From the NCBI GenBank assembly GCA_965261395.1, contig OZ253462.1, positions 864,001 through 928,000 on the forward strand: a stretch of DNA of 64,000 nucleotides, written 5' to 3'. The notes below the pieces were generated by a model that was not told the DNA's origin, ran no database searches, and saw nothing but the letters and a program-made list of their open reading frames with translations. This document shows, one piece after another, positions 48,681 to 61,567 of the stretch; position 1 is the first letter of the stretch; each line of letters begins with the position of its first letter. The position numbers and the translations under genes are program-made. Source of the stretch: Candidatus Latescibacterota bacterium. Its GTDB lineage: Bacteria; Latescibacterota; UBA2968; UBA8231.

Positions 48681-50075
48681 ATGGCACTGAAAATACAAGA
48701 TCCCCAAGAACTATGGGCTCAATGTTTGCTCAATATCGAGCGTCAGGTTCGTCCTCAGAGTTTTGCTAATTGGTTTCTCCAGACTTCAGTAAACCACTTC
48801 GACGAAGACTCGTTGGTTATCCAAGTTCCCAGTGCATTTTCTGCCGCTTGGGTAGAGGAGCACTACTTGAAGATGATCCAATCAGTAGTGCGGGAAGAGA
48901 CGGCGCTTACTCCAAAGATCTCCTTTATCGTTGCACAAGCACCTCAACCAATTCTCGATCCAGTGATCCCTATTAAGCAGGGTCTATCTGCGAACGAAGG
49001 AGAACCCCCAGAAGATGAACAAAAAGAAATAGAAGCCGGCTCTGCCCAAACATCGCTCAACAAGCGCTATACCTTTGAAGAATTCATCGTTGGTGATAAC
49101 AATCGATTTGCCCATGCAACAGCATTGGCCGTAGCCAATGCCCCGGGTAAGACGCAATTTAATCCCCTCGTGATCTATGGAGGCGTAGGGCTAGGTAAAA
49201 CGCATCTGCTCCAAGCGATTGGGCATCACGCCTATAACCTCAACCTCGCCGAGAAAGTCGTTTACGTCCCCTCGGAAAAGTTTATGAGCGATTTCATCAA
49301 CTCGCTCCGAGACCGCAATACTAGTGAATTTCAGAACTTTTATCGCAGTGTGGACATCCTCCTCGTCGACGACATCCAGTTTATGCTCCGCGGCGAACAG
49401 ACCCAAAATGAGTTCTTTCACACCTTTAATGCCTTGCATCAGTCCGAGAAGCAGATTGTCATGACCTGCGACAGTGCTCCCGGCCATCTTTATGGATTAG
49501 AAGAAAGGCTGAAATCCCGCTTCATATGGGGGCTGGCTACCGCAATAGATCTGCCCGAACTCGAGACCCGGATTGCCATCCTTCACAAGAAGGCCGAGCG
49601 CAACGGCATGCGGATTCCCGATGATGTGGCAGCCCTGTTGGGCAATCATATCCGATCGAATGTACGCGAACTCGAAGGTACTTTGATTAGCTTGATGGCC
49701 TACTGCTCAATCCATAAGAAGGAACTCGACATAGAGGCGGCCAAGCATATTATACAAGAAAAGGGCCCTAGCCTAGCGGAACTGAGCATTGAATCGATCC
49801 AACAGCACGTCGCCGACCACTTCAATCTGACACAGGGGCAGCTCACCGGAAAAGGACGCACGCAAGACGTTGTAGCAGCACGGCACCTTGCTATGTTCCT
49901 AGTCAAGCGTCTGATCGGCAGTCCTTTCACTACCATCGGCCTACACTTCGGCAACCGTGACCACAGCTCAATCATCCACGCTGTACGCACTATTGAGAAG
50001 AAGTGTAAAAACGATCCCGCCTTCGCCAAACTAGCTGAGGATTTGTCCAATACCATCCGTCGGCAAAACCACTAA
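48681..50075 (+). CDS. dnaA: Chromosomal replication initiator DnaA
   Basis: YTFEEF, GGVGLGKTHL, LLVDDIQF, NVRELEG, RDHS. Confidence 0.98.
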   Translation: MALKIQDPQELWAQCLLNIERQVRPQSFANWFLQTSVNHFDEDSLVIQVPSAFSAAWVEEHYLKMIQSVVREETALTPKISFIVAQAPQPILDPVIPIKQGLSANEGEPPEDEQKEIEAGSAQTSLNKRYTFEEFIVGDNNRFAHATALAVANAPGKTQFNPLVIYGGVGLGKTHLLQAIGHHAYNLNLAEKVVYVPSEKFMSDFINSLRDRNTSEFQNFYRSVDILLVDDIQFMLRGEQTQNEFFHTFNALHQSEKQIVMTCDSAPGHLYGLEERLKSRFIWGLATAIDLPELETRIAILHKKAERNGMRIPDDVAALLGNHIRSNVRELEGTLISLMAYCSIHKKELDIEAAKHIIQEKGPSLAELSIESIQQHVADHFNLTQGQLTGKGRTQDVVAARHLAMFLVKRLIGSPFTTIGLHFGNRDHSSIIHAVRTIEKKCKNDPAFAKLAEDLSNTIRRQNH

Positions 50076-50639
50076 GCCCCAAGTTCAACCCCCATCTCTT
50101 AGGCCTCTTAGTCTGTATTTTTCAGTACCATGGTGCCTATTTGGCAGTGGAAAACTATTAACACCTGTCCCGCCTAAGTATTGATTCGGTGTGGATAAGT
50201 CTGTGAAAAAAAGAAAAAAATCTTTTTCAACCTTTTGTCTGTGAAAAATTCGAGTTTTCCACTCCACAATCCACAGATTAGCTCTTGTTGCCAAGTCGCC
50301 CCTCTTATTTATAAACATCTTATTAACAATATGTTCCGTTGTTTGTAGATTTAGCTCTAAGACAGTTATCCACATATCCACGGCACAACTAGAACTTCAA
50401 AAATAAAAGAACACAAAGAAGTGTAGTATTATTAGAAGCACGGATGTGGATTTCTATTTTCCCAGAATACACATCTTTCTAATTTTTTTATATACACATA
50501 CACATATGTTCCATCTTTTGCTAAATATGGGACACTATATATATAGAATTTGACATGGGTGGGCATAGAAGTTAACTTTGGTCTAAGTGTTTTAAGAACA
50601 AATGTTTTTCAGAAGTCAGAAGGATAACCGAGAAGCTGT
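50076..50639. other. oriC: Replication origin oriC
   Basis: 564-bp AT-rich dnaA-dnaN spacer with perfect boxes TGTGGATAA (50190) and TTATCCACA (50366), several degenerate boxes, and an AT-rich tract at ~50390-50550. Confidence 0.9.
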
Positions 50640-51803
50640 ATGAAGTTGAGAGTAGATCGCAATGAGTTGTGGAAGGGCATTGATACTGTATTAGAAGCCG
50701 TGTCTTCAAAGCCCTCCCTGCCGGTGTTGGCTAATATCCTGCTTGAAGCCGATGAAAAAACCCTATCTCTATCTGCGACGGATTTAGATTTGTCCATCCG
50801 GACTCAAGTCCCTGCTATAGTAGAAGAGGAAGGGATGACGACTGTTTCGGCGCGCAAGCTGGCAGAAATCACCCGAGAATGGCCTGAGGCGGAACTGAGT
50901 ATTGAGGTGCAGGACGAGCGACTCAAGCTCTCAGGGCGGCTCGGGGACGCCGAAAGAAGCGAAGGAGCCTATAGCCTGTCGGGAATAGAGGCTGAAGAAT
51001 TTCCCAATATGCCGACAGCACTTGACGGCGTAAGCCTGAGCTTGGGCGAGGACGAAGCCGAGACCCATGTTCTGGTAGGCATGATCAATAAGACGGCCTT
51101 TGCCGTCTCCGGGGATGATACGCGACCCGTATTCAACGGGGTACTCTGGCGCATCGATGCCCAAGGAATGGTGATGGTGGCTACCGACGGGTCGCGCTTA
51201 GCCTGTTACAGATTGGCCATAGATTTGCAGGATCAGGTACAGGGCGACCAAGAAACTGCGGTCATCGTCCCCCCCAAAGCGTTGATCCAAATCGTCAAAT
51301 TGCTGGGTAGCCATAAAGGTCCAGTCAAGATCACGCTAGGCGAGACGCAGATACTGTTTGATATAGGACATACGCACTTGCTGTCGCGTCTGATTGAGGG
51401 ACCTTATGTCAACTATTCCCAAGTCATTCCTCAAAACAACCAAAAAGAACTAAGAATAACTAGAGAAGCTCTTCTGCCGGCCGTACGCCGGGTATCTATC
51501 CTCTCCAGTTCCTATACGCGTCAAGTGCGTTTTAAGCTAAACAGTGGCCAGGTGGAGCTATCAGCCGCCAGCCCCGAAATCGGTGGCGAAGCGAGGGAGG
51601 TCGTGCCGGCCCAATACGACTCTGAAGAGATAGAGGTTGGCTACAACGCCCAATATCTGATGGAGATCCTGCGCAGAATGGACGCGCCCGAGGTCTGTTT
51701 CCAGCTCAATGACCACGTCACAGCAGCCCTGTTGCGGCCGACGGAACAAAAGGAAGGCGAGGACTACTTCTGCTTGCTAATGCCCTTGCGGCCGACAGGA
51801 TGA
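50640..51803 (+). CDS. dnaN: DNA polymerase III beta clamp
   Basis: ATDL, ATDG.RL, SRLIEG.Y, LLMPLR; TTGACA-17-TAACTT promoter at 50550-50578. Confidence 0.97.
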   Translation: MKLRVDRNELWKGIDTVLEAVSSKPSLPVLANILLEADEKTLSLSATDLDLSIRTQVPAIVEEEGMTTVSARKLAEITREWPEAELSIEVQDERLKLSGRLGDAERSEGAYSLSGIEAEEFPNMPTALDGVSLSLGEDEAETHVLVGMINKTAFAVSGDDTRPVFNGVLWRIDAQGMVMVATDGSRLACYRLAIDLQDQVQGDQETAVIVPPKALIQIVKLLGSHKGPVKITLGETQILFDIGHTHLLSRLIEGPYVNYSQVIPQNNQKELRITREALLPAVRRVSILSSSYTRQVRFKLNSGQVELSAASPEIGGEAREVVPAQYDSEEIEVGYNAQYLMEILRRMDAPEVCFQLNDHVTAALLRPTEQKEGEDYFCLLMPLRPTG

Positions 51804-51817
51804 GGTAAGCAGGCCTA

Positions 51818-52880
51818 GTGCGGATCCGTGAATTAACGCTGAGACCCTTCCGCAATTTTGCCGCGATTCGCTTGAGCTTTGCAGCAGATCACGTGCTGAT
51901 TTTTGGTCCAAACGGCCGCGGTAAAAGCAATATCATAGAAGCGATTTCCTACCTATCTATCGGTAAGTCAGTGCGCGGGGCCAAGGATCAACACGTCGTG
52001 CCGCACGGCGAGGACTTTTTTGATATCCGGGCCTTGTGTACTGACGGTCGCCACGACCAGCAATTACGCGTCTTTTACAGTAAGAAAGAAGGCAAGAAGG
52101 CATTTGCTGATGCCAGTCCCTTGCCCCGAGTATCGGAGTTACTAGGCACCTTCCGCACCGTTCACTTCTCTCCTGAAGACGTATCGCTGGTACTGCGCTT
52201 CCCGGCCCAGCGAAGGCGGCTCCTCGACATACTTATCTCGCAGTCTAGCGCAGCATACTTGCGATATATGCAGCGCTATTACCGAGTGTTAGCCCAGAGA
52301 AACCACTTGTTGCGCACCGCAAAAAAGTCGAGGCACGGGCTTGTCGATAGTCAAGTAATGGAACCGTGGAATGCCCAGCTAGTAGATTTGGGTGCCCAAC
52401 TCCGACTCCATCGCTTGGACGCGCTGAATACGTTGAGGGCGCCCTTTGTCCGCTACTACGGTCGCTTTGTCTTGGCGGGCGAAGAGGCAGCCGTTGTCTA
52501 TCAAGGAGCCAAGGAGCAGGATCTGGAGGCCCTTAGAGCCGAATTGTGCGAAGCACTTAGTCGCCGCAGGGAACAGGAGGCTCAAATAGGATATACGCTC
52601 TGTGGGCCACATCGAGACGATTTGAAATTCACGTTGAACAAAGAACAGGCCGACCTCTATGCTTCCGAGGGGCAGCTAAGAACCGTCCTCATATCTTGGA
52701 AGCTGGCTGAGGCCTGCTACATGGAGGAGCAAACCGGTCGGCAGCCCGTACTGCTCTTAGATGATGCCTTTTCAGAGTTGGACTCTGGCCGGACAGGAGA
52801 ATTATTGGACATCGTTGGTGAATTTGAACAGGTCATAGCGACGACCCCCCAAGAGCCTGATGCAAGGCAGGCAGCCCGTT

Positions 52881-52906
<26 letters not shown>
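51818..52906 (+). CDS. recF: DNA replication/repair protein RecF
   Basis: FRN, GPNGRGKSN, GPHRDD, SEGQ, LLDD.FSELD. Confidence 0.96.
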
Positions 52907-55210
<2,304 letters not shown>

Positions 55211-55233
55211 ACAACAAAGCTAGGATTTAATTA

Positions 55234-57759
55234 ATGCTCGAACAGCAACAAAGCCGGGTCATCCGGGTCAAAATTGAAGAGGAGCTCAAAACCTCCTTCC
55301 TCGACTATTCAATGAGCTTCATCCTGTCGCGCGCCCTACCCGATGTCCGCGATGGTCTCAAGCCATCCCAGCGCCGCATCATGGTAGCGATGAACGACTT
55401 GAGCCTTTTTCCCAACCGCGGCTACCGCAAATGCGCAAAAATCGCCGGCGATACCTCTGGCAACTACCACCCACACGGCGAAGCCATTGTCTATCCGACA
55501 TTAGTGCATATGGCGCAGAATTTTCGCTTGCGTTATCCGCTGGTCCAGGGCCAAGGTAACTTCGGTTCAATTGATGGCTACCCTCCGGCGGCCATGCGCT
55601 ACACGGAGGCGAGGCTGAGCTGGCCGGCGATGGAGCTGCTAACGGATCTCGACAAGAACACGGTCGAATTCGCCAGCAACTACGACGAGACCCAACAAGA
55701 GCCGCTGGTTTTACCGTCTAGGTTTCCCAACCTGATCTGCAACGGCTCAATGGGCATTGCCGTCGGCATGGCCACCAAGATCCCGCCGCACAACCTGCGG
55801 GAAGTCGCCAGTGGCCTCAAGGCGCTGATCGATCATCCGGAGATTTCCATTGCCGAGTTGGTTGAGCACGTCAAAGCTCCAGATTTTCCCACCGGCGGAA
55901 TCATCTACGGCATAAGCGGGGTGCAGCAGGCCTACGCAACGGGCAGGGGGCTGATCTATATCAGAGCGCGGGCGGATATTGAGACCCTCAAGAATGGCCG
56001 CGAGAACATCGTCGTTACCGAGATCCCCTTCTTAGTAAACAAGGCTAGCCTGTTAGAGAAAATCGCCGATCTGGTGCGTGACAAAACCATCGACGGACTT
56101 GCCAATATTCGCGACGAATCAGGCCGCAAGGGTCTGCGCATTGTATTTGAATGCAAAAGGGACGCCCAAGCCGAAGTCGTGCTCAACCAGCTCTATAGCC
56201 ATAGCATGTTGCAGACTACCTACGGGGTTATGATGTTGGCCATTGTCAATGGCCGTCCTGAGACGCTCAATCTCAAGCAGATGCTGCAGCACTACATCGC
56301 TCACCGCCATGACATGATTGTGCGCCGCACACAATTCGACTTGGAGAAGGCCGAAGCTCGGGCGCATATCTTGGAGGGCCTGCGCTTCGCCTTGGACCAC
56401 ATTGACTTAGTCATCGAAACCATCCGCCGCTCGTCGAGTCCAGCAGATGCTCAGGAGCGGCTGGCGGTCATCCGTCCCACGACAGCAGACACGTTGAGTA
56501 TAGAAGCGACTGACGTGCAATTCGAGTTGAGCGAGCGACAGATCCAAGCCATCCTAAGCATGCCGTTGCAGCGCTTGACAGGCTTGGAGCGCGACAAAAT
56601 TGAGGCCGAGTACAAGGGATTGGTAACGACGGTTGAGGATCAGAGGGGCATTCTCGCCAGCGAAGAGCGGCAGATGCAGATCATCAAGGACGAGATCGCT
56701 GAGATCACTGAGCGCTTCGGCGACGAGCGCCGCACCGAGATCGTCTATTCAGCCGAGGAATTTGACATTGAGGACTTGATTGCCGAAGAGGACATGGTCG
56801 TCACCATCTCGCGCAGTGGCTATATCAAGCGCCTACCCCCTAGGGCCTACCGAGTACAGAATCGCGGCGGTCGAGGGGTGACGGGTATGAAGACCAAGGA
56901 AGAGGACTTTGTCGAACACCTCTTCGTGGCTTCGACCCACTCCTATATCATGTTCTTGACTGCCAAGGGCAAGTGTTATTGGCTCAAGGTCTTTCGCATA
57001 CCCGAAGGTGACCGCACGGCTCAAGGGCGGTCGATAGCCAACCTATTGCCGCTTGGCCAAGACGACCAGATATGCGCCATCGTACCAGTCCGAGAGTTCT
57101 CCGACGATCAGTACTTGTTCACGGCTACGCGCAACGGCATTGTCAAGAAGACCAGGCTCTCGGCCTATCAGAATATCCGCCGCGACGGGATCATCGCCCT
57201 GAAGATCCAAGACGACGACGACCTTATTGGGGCGGCCATCACCGACGGACGGCAGGATATTGCCCTGTTGACGCGCAACGGCCAAGCCATGCGCTTTAGC
57301 GAAAGCGAAGTCCGCGCTATGGGCCGGGTTTCTACGGGCGTTAAAGGAATTAGCTTTCGCCAAGGGGATGAGGTTGTGGACATGGTCGTAGTGCGCGAAA
57401 TCAGTACCTTGCTAACCATCTGCGAAAACGGCTATGGCAAGCGCACGAGCCAGACTGAGTACCCCAGCAAGCATCGCGGCGGCCAGGGCGTCATCGACAT
57501 CAAGACCCCCCCACGCAACGGCCCCGTAGTGGCCTGTAGGGAGATCCAAGACGAAGAGGAGGTCATGGTGGTGACCCAAAACGGTATTATGATCCGCATT
57601 TCCGTACAAGGGCTATCCACCATTGGGCGCAATACCCAAGGAGTTAGGGTCATCAATCTGGACGAGGGGGACCGAGTTATCGACATGGCCCCGCTGCCCC
57701 GTAGCGAGGAGGAGAATGGCTGGGAAAACGGCGCGGCTGATGAGGAGGCATCGGGTTGA
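55234..57759 (+). CDS. gyrA: DNA gyrase subunit A
   Basis: [19 protein letters not shown], GyrA-box QNRGGRG, C-terminal pinwheel repeats. Confidence 0.97.
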   Translation: MLEQQQSRVIRVKIEEELKTSFLDYSMSFILSRALPDVRDGLKPSQRRIMVAMNDLSLFPNRGYRKCAKIAGDTSGNYHPHGEAIVYPTLVHMAQNFRLRYPLVQGQGNFGSIDGYPPAAMRYTEARLSWPAMELLTDLDKNTVEFASNYDETQQEPLVLPSRFPNLICNGSMGIAVGMATKIPPHNLREVASGLKALIDHPEISIAELVEHVKAPDFPTGGIIYGISGVQQAYATGRGLIYIRARADIETLKNGRENIVVTEIPFLVNKASLLEKIADLVRDKTIDGLANIRDESGRKGLRIVFECKRDAQAEVVLNQLYSHSMLQTTYGVMMLAIVNGRPETLNLKQMLQHYIAHRHDMIVRRTQFDLEKAEARAHILEGLRFALDHIDLVIETIRRSSSPADAQERLAVIRPTTADTLSIEATDVQFELSERQIQAILSMPLQRLTGLERDKIEAEYKGLVTTVEDQRGILASEERQMQIIKDEIAEITERFGDERRTEIVYSAEEFDIEDLIAEEDMVVTISRSGYIKRLPPRAYRVQNRGGRGVTGMKTKEEDFVEHLFVASTHSYIMFLTAKGKCYWLKVFRIPEGDRTAQGRSIANLLPLGQDDQICAIVPVREFSDDQYLFTATRNGIVKKTRLSAYQNIRRDGIIALKIQDDDDLIGAAITDGRQDIALLTRNGQAMRFSESEVRAMGRVSTGVKGISFRQGDEVVDMVVVREISTLLTICENGYGKRTSQTEYPSKHRGGQGVIDIKTPPRNGPVVACREIQDEEEVMVVTQNGIMIRISVQGLSTIGRNTQGVRVINLDEGDRVIDMAPLPRSEEENGWENGAADEEASG

Positions 57760-57784
57760 CCTAAGATAGGGCCTCGTGTATATT
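57756..57784 (+). promoter_or_regulatory. Sigma70 promoter of the tRNA operon
   Basis: TTGACC-17bp-TATATT. Confidence 0.7.
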
Positions 57785-57800
57785 TCTCTCCTTGAGAAAA

Positions 57801-57887
57801 GGAGGGTTAGACCTAATTGGTAAGGCAGCGGTCTTGAAAACCGCCGGGCTTACGCCCTTGAGGGTTCGAGTCCCTCACCCTCCGCCA
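57801..57887 (+). tRNA. tRNA-Ser (UGA)
   Basis: GCGGT-CTTGAAA-ACCGC anticodon arm, long variable arm, GCCA end. Confidence 0.96.
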
Positions 57888-57966
57888 GTTTACCCATTTG
57901 GTGCCGCCACAATCCCATCCTTTTGAGCGGTGGGAGCACGTCAAAAGTTTATTTTGCAATGGTCGC

Positions 57967-58060
<94 letters not shown>

Positions 58061-58072
58061 ATTTGCGTTCGT

Positions 58073-58148
58073 TGCCCTCTAGCACAATTGGAAGTGCGCC
58101 TGACTCTGGATCAGGAGGTTCTAGGTTCGAGCCCTAGGAGGGCAGCCA
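58073..58148 (+). tRNA. tRNA-Gln (CUG)
   Basis: TGCCCTC/GAGGGCA acceptor stem; CCTGA-CTCTGGA-TCAGG anticodon arm. Confidence 0.96.
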
Positions 58149-58151
58149 ACC

Positions 58152-58189
58152 GGCTCCTGAAGGGAATGCTTCAGGAGCCTTCTTCTTTT
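58152..58189 (+). terminator. Intrinsic terminator of the tRNA operon
   Basis: GGCTCCTGAAG/CTTCAGGAGCC 11-bp stem followed by TTCTTCTTTT. Confidence 0.8.
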
Positions 58190-58251
58190 GGCCTAGATCC
58201 TGCCAAATTATCCACGCATTTAGTCTCTCGTCTCTGCATTATCTCACGCCG

Positions 58252-59391
58252 ATGAGTACCCGCATCAGAGAACAACAGCTTGCTTGGGGCCTCCTTGCGC
58301 CAGCACTTGTCGTACTGGGCGCGTTTGGACTCTTCCCTATTGGCTACGCCTTGTACGTCAGCCTGCACAAGTGGCGGATCAAGAAGGAGGCTGTGGTTGG
58401 ATTCGACCACTATGTCCGCGCCGTGGGCGACTCGCAGTACCTGCTGCCCTTCGTCGCCGGGATGGGCCTCGTCTGGGCGGCCTATCGCCTGCGTACCAAG
58501 TTATCCGAGCGCGGTCTGCGCCCCCTTTATGTCTGCATCGCTTGGGGCGCAGTCGCACTATCGGGGCTTTGGTTGGGATTGGCTCAGGGCTTGGGTAGCC
58601 TAGTCGAGACGGGCGATCCAGCGCTTTACAATGGCTTCAAGGTCACGTTTTTCTACGCGGTTGGGACGATCCCGTGCCAACTGAGCTTGGCTACCGGATT
58701 AGCGTATTTACTCTTCAAGATCACACGGGCTAGCGGCGCGTTTCGCACGCTGTTTTTTTTACCCTATGTCACGCCGGTTATCGCCTCAGCCGTGGTTTTT
58801 CGCACCATCTTTAGCCCGCACCCGTCCTCGCTGGCCAACCGCTTCTGGAGCCTTTGGGGTTTGGAGAATCAGCGCTGGCTGCACGAGAGCAAGTCCGTCG
58901 TCGCCCTGTTGTTACAAGGGGCCGGTTTTGCTTCTTACCCCGCGTGGGTGGACAGCGTCTTCCCGAGCCTAGCCCTGACCTCGATCATCCTCTACAATAT
59001 TTGGGTCTATGTCGGCTATGACACGGTGATTTTACTGGCCGGTCTCAGTGCTATACCCAAGCAATACTATGAGGCCGCCGAGATGGACGGGGCTGGCGAG
59101 TGGCAAGCCTTCCGCCACATTACCTTACCCCTAGTCTCACCCACCTTGTTTTTTTTGTCGATGGTGGCCGTCATTGGGACCTTCAAAGCCTTTAACCACG
59201 TGTATATCATGCGGACTGCGGGTGCCCGCGACTCGGTCGATGTGCTCAGTATTGCCATTTTTGACCAAGTTTTTGAGTACCACAACGCCGGCTATGCCTC
59301 GGCGATGGCCTTTGTGCTCTTCGTCGCGATTTTGGCGCTGACGCTGCTGCAAAACCGGGTACTCGGCAGGCGGGTGTTTTATGGCGACTAG
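58252..59391 (+). CDS. Carbohydrate ABC transporter permease (MalF/UgpA-like)
   Basis: EAA loop YEAAEMDGA..FRHITLP. Confidence 0.92.
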   Translation: MSTRIREQQLAWGLLAPALVVLGAFGLFPIGYALYVSLHKWRIKKEAVVGFDHYVRAVGDSQYLLPFVAGMGLVWAAYRLRTKLSERGLRPLYVCIAWGAVALSGLWLGLAQGLGSLVETGDPALYNGFKVTFFYAVGTIPCQLSLATGLAYLLFKITRASGAFRTLFFLPYVTPVIASAVVFRTIFSPHPSSLANRFWSLWGLENQRWLHESKSVVALLLQGAGFASYPAWVDSVFPSLALTSIILYNIWVYVGYDTVILLAGLSAIPKQYYEAAEMDGAGEWQAFRHITLPLVSPTLFFLSMVAVIGTFKAFNHVYIMRTAGARDSVDVLSIAIFDQVFEYHNAGYASAMAFVLFVAILALTLLQNRVLGRRVFYGD

Positions 59392-60217
59392 GAGCGGCCA
59401 AGCTAGGCTGATCTACTGTGGCTTGAGCTTGGGGGGGCTGGCCGCGGGCGTTCCGTTCGCGTGGATGCTGTTGGCCTCTTTTATGAGCCGCGGCGAATCG
59501 CTGCGGCGGGTCTTGCTGCCCGAGCGCGTCCAATGGGACAATTATATCGAAGCGTGGCAAGAGGCGGACTTTGGTCTCTACTTTGAGAATTCGCTGATCA
59601 TCGCCGTCCTACAGGTCAGCGGGACCCTGCTTTTCTCGCTGATGGCGGCGTACCCGCTGGCGCGGATGCAGTTCCGCGGACGAGATGCGGTATTTACCGG
59701 CGTCTTGGCTACGCTGATGATCCCCGAGGCCGTGACCATCGTGCCGAATTTTCTCGTCGTGACTTGGCTGCACCGCAATACGCCGTTTGCCTGGCTCAAT
59801 AGCTGGCCTGCCCTGACTATTCCCTTTATGGCTAGTGCTTTTAGCATTTTTCTTTTGCGTCAGTTTATGCGTGGCCTGCCCAACGAACTGTGGGATGCGG
59901 CCCGGATTGAGGGAGCCGGCCATGTGCGCTTTCTGTTTCAGATCGCGGTACCCCTGTGCCGGGCACCACTCTTGACGGTCGGCATGTTTACGTTTATTGG
60001 TTCCTGGAACGCTTTGGCTTGGCCCTTACTAGTGACCAATACGCCGGATTGGCGTCCGATCGCCGTGGGTTTGCAGCAGTTTGCCAGTGAGGCCGGGACC
60101 GAGATCCACCTACAAATGGCTGGGGCCGTCATTGCGACTCTTCCCGTACTCTTGGCGTATTTTCTCATCCAGCGAGAATTCACCGAAGGCATTTCCATAT
60201 CTGGACTTAAAGGATAA
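59381..60217 (+). CDS. Carbohydrate ABC transporter permease (MalG/UgpE-like)
   Basis: FLLRQF..LP.EL.DAARIEGA; GLKG end. Confidence 0.92.
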   Translation: MATRSGQARLIYCGLSLGGLAAGVPFAWMLLASFMSRGESLRRVLLPERVQWDNYIEAWQEADFGLYFENSLIIAVLQVSGTLLFSLMAAYPLARMQFRGRDAVFTGVLATLMIPEAVTIVPNFLVVTWLHRNTPFAWLNSWPALTIPFMASAFSIFLLRQFMRGLPNELWDAARIEGAGHVRFLFQIAVPLCRAPLLTVGMFTFIGSWNALAWPLLVTNTPDWRPIAVGLQQFASEAGTEIHLQMAGAVIATLPVLLAYFLIQREFTEGISISGLKG

Positions 60218-60221
60218 CGCG

Positions 60222-61544
60222 ATGAAACCGAAAAGTGTGCTGACGTTGGTTTGGTGCGCCTTACTGGGAGCCTGTGGCGGCCAGCAAGAAGCCGTTTACG
60301 AGCAGCAGATCAGTCTCGAAAACCTCGACCCGCAAGGACAGAAAATCGTCTTTTGGTATCAACACACCGGCCAGCGCGGAGATGCCCTGCAAGCGCTGAT
60401 TGCCGACTTTAACCAGACGAACCGCTATGGAATTGAGATTCGCGGCGAGTACATGGGTCGTTATGGGGACATCTACAACAAGATGAACGTGGGTATCCAG
60501 AGCGGTTCACTGGCCGCCAGCTTGGTCGTAGCCTACCAAAACCAAGCCCGAGCCTACTATCAAGCCGATGGCATAGTGGATATAACGCCCTATATGGATT
60601 CGCCCAAATGGGGATTGTCGCCAGAAGAGCGCAGCGACTACGTCCAAGCGTTTCTGGAGCAGGACAATCTCGGCGGAGTGCAGATTGGCTTCCCGCCGAA
60701 TCGCTCAATGGAGCTGCTCTACTACAATGTCGATTGGTTGCGCGAGCTGGGCTACGACGGGCCACCGGCGACGTGGGACGACTTTGCCGCGATGTGCCGC
60801 CTAGCCAAAGAGCAACCTTTTAGCAAAAACGAAAACCCCGCGCGCAGTTTGGGTTTTTTGCTCGATGTGGACGCCAGCCGATTCGCCGCAATGGTCTTCA
60901 GCCGCGGCGGCGACCTAGTAGATGCGACCGGCACTGCCTATGCGCTGGACTCGCCCGAAGTTAAAGCAGTACTGGAACTGCTACAGGAGCTAGCACGGGA
61001 CGGCGCAATAGACATCGCTGGCGAACGGGACGTCGAGGTAAACGAGTTCGTCACCGGTCAGATTCTCTTCTCTCAGGATTCTTCCTCTGGGATGCCCTTT
61101 TACAAGAGTGGCATTGAGGACTCTGGGCTGGACTTCGAGTGGGGAGTAACCCATCCGCCGCAGACTGGCTCTAAGCCGGTCGTTGACGTGTACGGGGCCA
61201 GCGTGTCGATCTGCACTGGTACGCCGGAAAAGCAGCTGGCGGCTTGGCTTTTCCTCAAGTGGTTTACTGCCCCACAGCAACAAGCGCGGTGGGTGCGGGC
61301 AAGCAATTACTTTCCCGTGCGCAAGAGTACGGCGCAGGAGCTGGAAAGCTACTTCGAGGAAAACCCGCACTATGGAGTGGCATTTAGCATGTTGGACTAC
61401 GGGAAATCAGAGCCGACGATGGCAGGTTACGAACAGGTGCGGCGCTTGATTCGAGAGGCGATGATAGGGGCGATAGAAGGCGAGGACGTCGAACGGGTGG
61501 TAGAGGAGTTGCAACGCGCAGCGAATCAGACGCTTGAGCCATAG
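60222..61544 (+). CDS. ABC transporter substrate-binding lipoprotein (family 1, UgpB-like)
   Basis: ATG 60222, LGA-C lipobox, LYYN.D, P.TWDD, AAWLFLKW. Confidence 0.9.
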   Translation: MKPKSVLTLVWCALLGACGGQQEAVYEQQISLENLDPQGQKIVFWYQHTGQRGDALQALIADFNQTNRYGIEIRGEYMGRYGDIYNKMNVGIQSGSLAASLVVAYQNQARAYYQADGIVDITPYMDSPKWGLSPEERSDYVQAFLEQDNLGGVQIGFPPNRSMELLYYNVDWLRELGYDGPPATWDDFAAMCRLAKEQPFSKNENPARSLGFLLDVDASRFAAMVFSRGGDLVDATGTAYALDSPEVKAVLELLQELARDGAIDIAGERDVEVNEFVTGQILFSQDSSSGMPFYKSGIEDSGLDFEWGVTHPPQTGSKPVVDVYGASVSICTGTPEKQLAAWLFLKWFTAPQQQARWVRASNYFPVRKSTAQELESYFEENPHYGVAFSMLDYGKSEPTMAGYEQVRRLIREAMIGAIEGEDVERVVEELQRAANQTLEP

Positions 61545-61567
61545 GCGAAAAGGAGAGTCAGTGTAAA

